This document shows, piece after piece, positions 47,101 through 53,031 of a stretch of DNA of 64,000 nt (positions are counted from its first letter, which is position 1; the number at the start of each line of letters is the position of its first letter). The DNA is from Schmidtea nova. Taxonomy: Eukaryota. Position numbers and translations under genes: made by a program. Where the stretch lies: positions 136,896,001-136,960,000 of the forward strand of contig CM097883.1 of NCBI GenBank assembly GCA_044892505.1. Direction: 5' to 3'. The notes beneath the pieces were generated by a model. The model saw only the letters and a list, made by a program, of their open reading frames with translations, did not search any database and was not told the DNA's origin.

Positions 47101-47152
47101 ATTTATCAATTTTTTCTGTTTCTCTGCTATCGTATTCTGATTGATTGGTTGG
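38084..47152 (-). CDS. ORF1 polyprotein (~3000 aa): Gag - UBL x3 - Bcl-2-like - glycoprotein - aspartic protease - ankyrin
   Basis: Stop-free from 47152 (first ATG 46666). Gag EPFNGDASKLETF..LYLKDSALDLY; CCHC x3 at 45803-45955; BH2-like PYVISKGGWETF; glycoprotein FEVFDC..FYCGHRHY..NDCILNREILKTKLAVA; IDTGANISAI (39347-39355); ATALHNAI ankyrins. Confidence 0.9.
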   Translation of the reverse strand, partial: PTNQSEYDSRETEKIDKSKKSKPRSRTVKNQEVNNSQRNKLRSRAVSATTQKVDNSQRSKSKQRATSVTKKTNPKGSKSRRVIVEKSKIENSKLTKTNESETEESSSETYDNYNNTEASDNESINTEVEEAEIDNNSNETNNEHTSETRGNESKTTQDSGIEMNEHKEEIKDKFTGEPFNGDASKLETFLKEFGIFVEVCKWNPETIRSRIQLYLKDSALDLYLEAKNSDDQLDSWEKIKNFFQQTFGINKVLNEAFTEFSMRKQKVNESNAVYASELKKLAKLAFNQNSPMSPELMAAIFVGGLRRPDIRAQVGCQGCKTIDEALEVANRFELHMIGSEGRIYLAMDTTQNEQAIKINNHIPNSQQLNRPPPQRRNEGNKVQNFGNQNHYNTQGQTKQCQTCGKLGHWQQECFVNLNCKTCGRKGHSENRCYQRSCFNCGQPGHTARNCQQQNNQQRNWSNNGNRQNYVNQQNNGNRQNYGNQQSSYNQNKSTTKEIHLLQEVQRLTELINNTPRGNQQTNQQQMNMMRKVESENERLNRESQARHAQEWARIQREDEQKRQERERQPLRINMMRATNQTRDNKEDIEPETNRINPNPEDEENQKEIVQENEEVIEQKRMLVVMPNDHVFRFEYDEKEEVGVLINKVNKTIPGMTKLPREAILQTEDEAAIKLKPTDIWKDLGVPMNKMKVTVIQEIEENNDEEKSNPVTKVKSRALKIFEERIKQRKAMEIEKRRGQIEESGTNDKKEEISPKNVPDKVEQTAHINMLRNLTREFSDVESDSDVRSLAGDMLKEPENEDNKIEVAKTPENIQIKEDEIRKLLDNALEVIYNEEFIDKKRYRKFIRAVFRMNYKERLQSREVEILSGYVVKLLEEPLHEYIILIEINECLPRIWIKSPCMNEIYRWVEDRLGSSYKNKFIYSGNELVRRATHLVETGIWPGEITTLSICDNKKEENLQEIAKEANMCFEMRIKPQLTERKERILRENLNSLIEQIIQQIDKNREELTKAEYEKLKQCIENIRDTSHTRYSPYKTWKVIAKMGKAMFKRGEIGDLKIKVKLPNEDTKEIEVIADCTVEELVDVINETLLQREKEDELEDDIIIKYNEHVLGDHDERRLYKIGIWDNYQTIHVIRMDDTPRETPKDEKRRQERRREEMHKLRQIIEIYRRWQIQPEWENVLGELNFNERRLTPVEKHWDVKEKCWKAKGGIYEEEFRPEMEDKYEPEIRRVCMVTRKVMPTDLDGPETAAIWLETQRRKADELIELLKGNVQGKRRTIKGLAEFFVAGGEDIISLRKVAKAVAEYKRVNEWCPEQLGNVIKKWRNQENSQEPPQKIHLRIIYPDREKEELWVRLTEKIRDVKKRLKYEPPFHLQHQGRSLENDMEIWITPAQLELANTLTVDAIAGQPLTLKEKRVKESEDTQKPRKTMQIKPGTSAGQYETTSIKVQERTLPQPYGVEEILTDSDDMLEELTNLTKEKGNNIFERVQELPTTSQAINTQNEVEQEIEIEEVNEISEEEARGANTENERLTQEMEKWWEQRNNEPRDITEETGRETRLIETGTTMDKRSRGRPKTGPANTINKTKEERRQEKWEICLKKLNKIAEAKDKETTQKCQGEGWISKALMEILAIIDPELKKWWRINEISDKAKALHSAIAPILPELIKEKTKSSHLDWQGTTTLIKRLTEDAENDNKYVIAIAYTIYNLLTLSRGNPKSTAIEKHIKNTASIITREIEPYVISKGGWETFAKTNQRNGQAKNMKKKFEEILGELEKEKSGTGSGKSSLNLNSIIMMILIWLISVEGATTFEVFDCDQMALGEKYSLRGTEQCKDATPTELKVLHSKQIYHVYQEAELIKTTVNECKIYKTRFAFYCGHRHYSAIVMPGTEREAIMLQGEDCNKLFRHGEVETRDRIKIKGKVGVILQQTYYVAGAITGGEGYCQGATYPIFGVPATNMVVIDTYTVELKAYEAYFDPATGEMKTLSMCKIEASTCQTGMSTLTYRAKANECQLQLLNEAEFDEVQGKIFQEEEDDEVARGKRLQETVKGEKPFTAKVQEKEVRMRDTPTVLVTSNANIGMRFVKGKPTLKCGVSMLETNYPGIYVSRQAAPNAKPKIDTTDIKLQVYLNNKLDFLFHKGQASMEKIYYDLINNDCILNREILKTKLAVAITNPDSAMPLLPLNEGHFGRVVGEVMYVYICRKTQASIASTTRLRQGQCTNELEIEYKGKIRYVQPVTRIINPVSFEPNPFNCSNAYGPLYQKPDGNWVMFPSRSEVQPPREFELMQLSKGRKFSNIDVNNGGIYSAKDLEAARQNILFPARREAVLSSIVTITGGTSYQGGPNYELLLSPAHFRKATENMMRAMWGRFLIFGQMMAGILGVILIIQIIRVIITQMLACFDIYKREKKVNWKLIAGFLPFLAKTMVLHGHSKDIHRIKRLLKILAKMKGTDEDVGRKFKKIMTDEQARLQLKRERKGLLERIRGDKTQDDSSDDDDNNDDCEGGQRYRNQAPQYNDKNPAEAWKCHAPPPTMYQEPLQVSGHRAMQMMPMTTLYPIIPEDYKLRRCRSMDPQEDSLTIAVMSSNTGPVLTTTIEINGKEIEAMIDTGANISAIDIKWIPQEQRQEIERTNVHVKACSKEIVEVAGRWWVKIRHQNIEIETYVAVIPALSVPCIIGTDLMPTLFKEIIIDLGTMRLKDRTGKICAMEAKVINSKQIMIPEEKSMTRSQTIRINMLRAEEINTTSQVDSEKIDVDKEIVRKAKEINERWEIRREKDVLWDIRQIISDYARGCPTKPVIIELLKKIPEILVLQDTGGATALHNAISWGKTEKVKEFLKIAKETNQNLDIVNRELETPMMTATLKLADKEIVDILINAEFNWTARDRRGNTVLNHAIMSENQMILKHITTNLTWEIDELIKGEIMKEAIRKGNTKTIWKLIQWKWPNNKTWVLDINKEFSEGQNALLRYLLEIPCDQRTMLALMNRGKINISKNEKEYKLEVEKEALFRKIWVWCQKQIRKDTSYKNLIKQ
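38096..38102 (-). other. Candidate -1 ribosomal frameshift heptamer A-AAU-UUA
   Basis: In ORF1 phase (..AAA AAT TTA ATC AAG CAA TAA), three sense codons before the stop. A -1 slip enters ORF2. Confidence 0.55.
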
Positions 47153-47624
47153 TTAGTTTGACTTGTTCTGTTCCGTGTATCTAAATTAAAAAGTCACTTC
47201 AACGATACATCATTGTTATCGTTGCGCTTTTATTCCTCATTATTGGGTTTCCATTGTTTCCCCATTCCCGGTTTCCCCTTTATTTAAGTCTATTTAATTT
47301 ATCTATTCACTGGTAACAATTATCTATATGGTCGTAATAATTATCTATCGTTATCAAATAAATTCATTACTTCTCCCTCGGTCTCCCAAATAAATTTGTC
47401 GCTCAGACGCTTTAATTCCCCTGAGTTCTCCTGACTCAGTTTTATCCTTTTATTACTATTCATTATATCGTCATTACTCATTATTCTCACTAATCAACTC
47501 TAATTTCTCCTATTCTTATTTCTACTTGTATGCATACTGTATCTCTAGTTTACTTAATCATCTTTACTCGTATTACTCAAACTCTAATGCTCACTATTCT
47601 TACGTCGTCGACGACTACAACTCT

Positions 47625-47812
47625 AGGTTCATATTCCTTATGTTGTTATTCATAATGCAACCCTAGGTTCATATTCCTTACGTTGCTATCAACAATCGCA
47701 ATCATAGGTTCACATTCCTTATGTTGCTATCCATAATCGCAATCACAGGTTCACATTCCTTGTGTTGCTATCCACAATCGCAATCATAGGTTCAAATTCT
47801 TATGTTGCCATT
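47625..47812. repeat. Leader tandem array 1: ~41-bp unit x~5
   Basis: aggttcacattccttatgttgctatccataatcgcaatca(c/t) starting at 47625, 47665, 47706, 47747 and 47788. Confidence 0.9.
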
Positions 47813-48230
47813 GACCCTTCTTTCAGAGTAACTAACTAATATGGCTTATTTGCCCTTGACCCTTCTTTCAGAGTAACTAATATGGCTTATTTGCCCTTGA
47901 CCCTTCTTTCAGAGTAACTAATATGGCTTATTTGCCCTTGACCCTTCTTTCAGAGTAACTAATATGGCTTATTTGCCCTTGACCCTTCTTTCAGAGTAAC
48001 TAATATATGGCTTATTTGCCCTTGACCCTTCTTTCAGAGTAACTAATATGGCTTATTTGCCCTTGACCCTTCTTTCAGAGTAACTAATATGGCTTATTTG
48101 CCCTTGACCCTTCTTTCAGAGTAACTAATATGGCTTATTTGCCCTTGACCCTTCTTTCAGAGTAACTAATATATGGCTTATTTGCCCTTGACCCTTCTTT
48201 CAGAGTAACTAATATGGCTTATTTGCCCTT
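47813..48230. repeat. Leader tandem array 2: 41-bp unit x10
   Basis: gacccttctttcagagtaactaatatggcttatttgccctt at 47813, 47858, 47899, 47940, 47981, 48024, 48065, 48106, 48147 and 48190. Confidence 0.97.
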
Positions 48231-48699
48231 GACCTTTTTATACAAGGTATTTAACTAATCTCTTTAACCGGTTAACCGTAATTATCCACTTCTCTAGTTA
48301 TCATTCAGCTGAATTATCTCTATTTTTATGAGAGTTATCACATTAACTTTCATTCTACTTATTTACTTAATGTTCTTTCGACTTCCACTGATCAGTGTTC
48401 TATTCTCTCTTTTTTATTTGTATTTTCTGCATGCACTTAAACCTCATTAGATTGTCCCTACCTTTCACCCCAACCAAAACATACAAAAAGATCGCATTGG
48501 TCTACTAATGCAAGATGTGGTGATCAGTCACATCACAAAAGCTTTCCAATTTCCGCGATGGGCCCCTTTCTATACATCTCGGGTAAGTTGATCAGTTGGT
48601 TCCTCCCAATGGGTGCTTAACGGACTACTCGTGAGCAGCTCAAAAATTATTTATAAATATCAATTGCTATCATGATTCCTGTCATTGCCATTATCAATT

Positions 48700-48832
48700 C
48701 TCATATTAAATTCTCATTATGAATTCTCATATTAATTCTCACTATGAGTTCTCATATTAATTCTCATTATGAATTCTCATATTAATTCTCATTATGAATT
48801 CTCATATTAATTCTCATTATGAATTTTCATAT
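48700..48832. repeat. Leader tandem array 3: 25-bp unit x~5
   Basis: ttctcatattaattctcattatgaa repeated. Confidence 0.9.
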
Positions 48833-48876
48833 TTTATTTATCACAAATAATATTACTAAATTTCAGAATTTATTTA

Positions 48877-49338
48877 TTATAAATACACAATAATTCTTTC
48901 GTCTATTTCGAGATTGCACATCGGGCATTTGTCGCAGTTGGCTGCACAGATTCTACAAAACCGAAAATGTCCACATGGTGAAAACATGATTTTATTCTCC
49001 CTTTCTCGACATGTGTAGCAGAGTTTAAATTTCTTAGCTGTCTCAGTTCCTTGTATTGTCCACTTGTGGTATGTTGGAGTTAATTGTTGTTCTAACTGTC
49101 TGCATTTTATATTTAGATCAGCATTTTCTAATCTCGTTCGGTACCACTTGTATCTAGTTGTTATATCTATTTTGTCTACTCTTTCCATTATTTTTATCAG
49201 CTCTGTTGTCTCTTCGGTTTCTGTCGTGGGTTCTGTGAATCCGGATTCTCTTATTCGACTTATTTTCTCGCATAATTCATCATATGTTTTGTTTTCCGTG
49301 TTTAAGAATTCTTCTATTTCTTTTAATTTGTCGTTCAT
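48877..49338 (-). CDS. 153-aa protein with C-terminal IAP/MDM2-type RING finger
   Basis: CYTC..IMFSPCGHFRFCRICAANCDKCPMC..IDERIIVYL at the extreme C-terminus; no BIR domain. Confidence 0.8.
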   Translation of the reverse strand: MNDKLKEIEEFLNTENKTYDELCEKISRIRESGFTEPTTETEETTELIKIMERVDKIDITTRYKWYRTRLENADLNIKCRQLEQQLTPTYHKWTIQGTETAKKFKLCYTCRERENKIMFSPCGHFRFCRICAANCDKCPMCNLEIDERIIVYL

Positions 49339-49703
49339 TGCTAAATAATTGATATTGTTAATATGTTTGCTGTTTTATTTGTTATAAAAATTAAAAATTT
49401 CAATATCTTGTTTTTCTATTTGCTCGGTTTGTGTCGGTTAAAAGTAGTGGTACATTTCGTTTTCCGATATTTAAACTTCCACCTGTTTCATCAAATTGTC
49501 GTCCCGACATATTTATTTATGTTTATTTATTTTATTTTGATATCAATCATTAATCGTCTTGTTATTAAATCATTGTTTTTTCCAAACTTCTCTGTTGATA
49601 TTGCTTTCACTTTTATACAAAAATCAATTGCATTTTCGGCTGAGGGGCACTTTAAAACTCCTGGTTGTTATTGGATTCAATTTTTCGCACAAAAACCATT
49701 TTC

Positions 49704-49721
49704 ATCCCGGCTGAGCCCCCA
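49704..49721 (-). other. Primer-binding site complementary to the tRNA-Pro 3' end
   Basis: Minus strand TGGGGGCTCAGCCGGGAT, 16/18 identical to the canonical tRNA-Pro PBS TGGGGGCTCGTCCGGGAT, 6 nt inside the 5' LTR. Confidence 0.85.
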
Positions 49722-50304
49722 AATTTATGTTGTCGGTTTCGGATTGGTTAAAACAAAAATAGAAAATGAATTAACAATTATTTTTAAACGTTCTAGGGAT
49801 TCCTCCATCCAAGACCTAACATAAAATGCTTACATATCACACGAGCACCCTCGATCATTTCCCTGTAATAATCGAGTTGGAAATGTGCAAGGTGTTTGAA
49901 CAATGATGGGCAGGTGAGCTCTATTGCTAAAACTACTCCCCATTTATGTTCACGGGTTCGTCTCGCTGCCGATAGAAGGACTTACGCTTTACTTTTATCT
50001 AATCGCATTCCTCATCTTTCATTTTAATTATTTCTTTTCTGCCCCCTGTCTTTATAATAATTCAATTTTTCTTTCAGCCCCTTTCTTTGCAATATCAACA
50101 AATAATCTTTAATCAATTATAATATGTTATTTCTTTAATACTCTTATTGTTTATTATATTTATGTCAATCCTATTGTTAATTCTAATTTATATTTAATTC
50201 ATTTGAAATTTTTAATAAATTACTTTATCTCATATACTTTACAATAAACTAAATACAAAGCAAAAATTAATTAATAAGCACAAATTTACAAATCACAAAA
50301 ATTC

Positions 50305-50894
50305 CTATTCGAAATATTTAGTAATGTCTTCATCGGAGACTACCAAATTCATGGTTAAATCAATTTCCGGAATTTCTTTTGACTGTTGTGCCAATTGCTG
50401 AAGCACTTGCTTCTTCCAGCGACGCTGACGCGCGCCCATCTTGCTCTTCTTCTTCTTTTTACATTCTGGAATGGCTATACTATTTGGTGTAATTGCTGCT
50501 GTTGTTACTTGAACCTGAGATGGTTCATCTGTGTTTGTTCCTTTCGAACATCCGGATTTCTCTTCAGCCCAATGCTGACAGGTAATGGGTCTGATGAGTT
50601 GTCTTAACTCTTGATTTAAATAAGTAGCTGTCACCGATTTTAGGAACTTTTTCAGCTCCATCTTTGTAGCATCCAGTTCCATTTGCACTTCGCTGTTTCT
50701 CGCTGTGAGCGCTGGGTTTTGAGGATTTGTGCTTTCATTTGTTCTGGACTAAACCAGCTTTTCTTCAGGTTTGAAATTATACCATCGGCTTCTTTTAGTT
50801 TTTCGGATTTTCGCAATATTTCCTTTTCGAGGCTGCGAATTATCCGCCATGCCTTATCCAATTCTGCTTGATGATTTGTTGGGTTGAATGACAT
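50305..50894 (-). pseudogene. Frameshifted copy of the LTR ORF
   Basis: cgctgtttctcgc here vs cgctgtttgctcgc in the 3' LTR. The 1-bp deletion splits the ORF into 80-aa and 127-aa pieces. Confidence 0.85.
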
Positions 50895-52170
50895 TTTTCT
50901 AGAATTCGAGATGATTTATCAACATGAAATTTGTTATTTGGTTTAAATGTATCTCCTGCTTTCCACGACTATTACTTGCTAATTTAGGAAGAGAAAATGA
51001 TATACCTATTATACTTTCAACACTGTCGCTATGTACAGCGATCAGATACCTTCATTTACTAATATGTTTTATTTATTTACGCCTGTGCTATATACAGCAA
51101 TCAGGATAAGAAATTATTTAAATACAACTCAGATCTACTGCCCTATGTACAGGGTTCAGGATAATTAATCATATTTCATTAATGATTTAGCTGTGTTGAA
51201 TCTTTGATCCTATAGCCTATTGATGCTATGCTACCTGCGTGGTAGATCACTACGCTATTAAAGTTATCGATTTTGATATTGTTATATTTAAAAGTATATT
51301 TTGTACAAATTCTTAACCGTTGTATCTGCCGCTTTATGCCCACAAACCCCAGATGTGACAATCGAAAAATATAGGTTAACATTCTATTACTCCAAAGGTG
51401 GAATCAGATTAATAATAATCACATCTATTATTATCTTATGATAAAGTTTAACTCAATCCAAATACAACTTCGTGATACTCAAAAATCTATCATTGTCTAA
51501 AAAATGAAATCAGACTTCAACTGGTTATACTATCCAGCGATAATAATAATGTTAGAAATCATGGTTAATAAAAATTCCTACCCTCTTCACGGCGCTTTAC
51601 ACCGGTCGGACGGCCTAACTGTACGGAGCAGTCATTCTACTCGGCACAGTATGCCTCCATTTCACCGATTTCACGGTGATCGGAGCCCCTTGAATCATAC
51701 GTATATCTCTACTGTAACTACTGTACATAAATAATATATATATTCGCCTTCTTCCACTGATTGCACAGTGGAAGAAGCTCGACCCAAAAATTATTCATAA
51801 AAGAATATATACTTGTTCGTAATTGTTAGCATAAACTGATACTGTTGCCTCCTTCCACTGATTACACAGTGGAAGAAGCTCAATAAAGTATAAATAACAG
51901 ATAAATAGAGTCGTCTCCTTCCCCTGATTTCACATTGGAAGAAGCTTAAATAATTCTAAATTCAAAAAAATTATAAAGCCTATATAAAACTTCATAAGAT
52001 TTATTTAGGTTTAGATAATGTTGACAGAAATCATAAAAACAATAGCAACATAAAAATCAGAAATCCATACCTGTTAGCTTCAATAAAATTGTCTCGACAA
52101 AGTTAGCACAAAATTTGCATATAACAATAATGCTTAAAAATATCATTAACTTTAACTGAATCTGGATCAG

Positions 52171-52204
52171 TATTTATACTGACCAGATCAAATGCTGAAC
52201 CAAT
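52171..52204 (-). promoter_or_regulatory. Candidate LTR promoter: TATAAATA inside a palindrome plus CCAAT box
   Basis: Minus-strand TATAAATA at 52178-52171 within ctgg-a-tcagtat-tt-atactga-ccag; aaccaatcag ~22 nt upstream. Same arrangement at 30573-30606. Confidence 0.4.
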
Positions 52205-53031
52205 CAGCTTGAAGCTGATCATCCGACCAGCACAAATAATAAATTTTTCTAAAAAATAAAATCGATTTAATTTGTTTTAAATCGTTAACTTTTCTTGTTT
52301 TAATTTCTAAAATTTTGTAATTCTTTTTCTTTATTATTTATTTACTTCACTTTCTTTTTATTTAAATACAATTATGTATCCTTTTCTTAATACTTTTAAT
52401 AATTTCAATTCTATTTCTTCTAATTCTTGCTGTTAAATTTATATAAATTTATTACTTTTAATTCATCTTTTTCTGAAATTTCTGGTAATTATATTAATTT
52501 TAATTTATTCTTATTTATTTCTTATTATTCTTATTATTTATGCTAAATATTGACCAAATGGTGGATCCAAGTAATTTTCATGGAAGAAGTTCGATGAGCA
52601 CACAAAAGCCACAGTAGGTATTTTGGAAAGATATTCAACCATCACTAGTATCCTTAGTCAACTTATACTTAGTATCTAATATCAAAGGAAAGAGTGAAAT
52701 GGGGCTTCAAGACAATAATATTTTGCAAAAAATTTGAAAAGTTTTTTTTTCATTTATGCTTGGTCCTATGTGTTATATTACTTCTATAAAGCATGTAGAA
52801 TTTTTAGACAAAATAAGTAACAATTTTTATGAAATTGAAAAACAAGCAAAGATGACAAAGTTAAGAGAAAGAAAATGACGGGGATGAAAATACTCTCTAC
52901 AAAAGATAAATTATCTTTTTTTGTTGAAAAATAAAATGTTAAACAAAAATATAATTCACTGAATATTTTCTATATTAATTAAAATTTAAAAAGTCTTAAA
53001 AATATATTAAATAAATTATTAAAATAAATAT

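Larger units (their letters stand above)
28129..52570 (-). mobile_element. Giant (~24.4 kb) Ty3/gypsy-related LTR retroelement with an envelope-like gene, lacking RT/RNase H/integrase
   Basis: Two ~2.85 kb direct repeats, a tRNA-Pro PBS, a gag core with 3 CCHC knuckles and a DTG protease. All internal ORFs are on the minus strand; no YxDD or integrase motifs. Confidence 0.92.
49728..52570 (-). repeat. 5' LTR (2843 bp; outer 2 nt missing; 1-bp deletion in the LTR ORF)
   Basis: Direct repeat of 28129-30972. Identity ends at ..ggatccaa (52570). Confidence 0.95.

Noticed and set aside
38084-47152. Endogenous chuvirus genome
   Set aside because: No nucleoprotein or L polymerase; the glycoprotein is fused in frame to retroelement Gag and protease between LTRs.
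47625-48230. CRISPR-like array
   Set aside because: Units are directly tandem with no unique spacers, there are no cas genes, and the context is eukaryotic.
28129-52570. Hidden RT or integrase inside the giant element
   Set aside because: No YxDD, RNase H or HHCC/DDE motif in the long ORFs, and the remaining gaps are too short or repetitive. The only RT fragment (55470-55870) is outside the LTRs.
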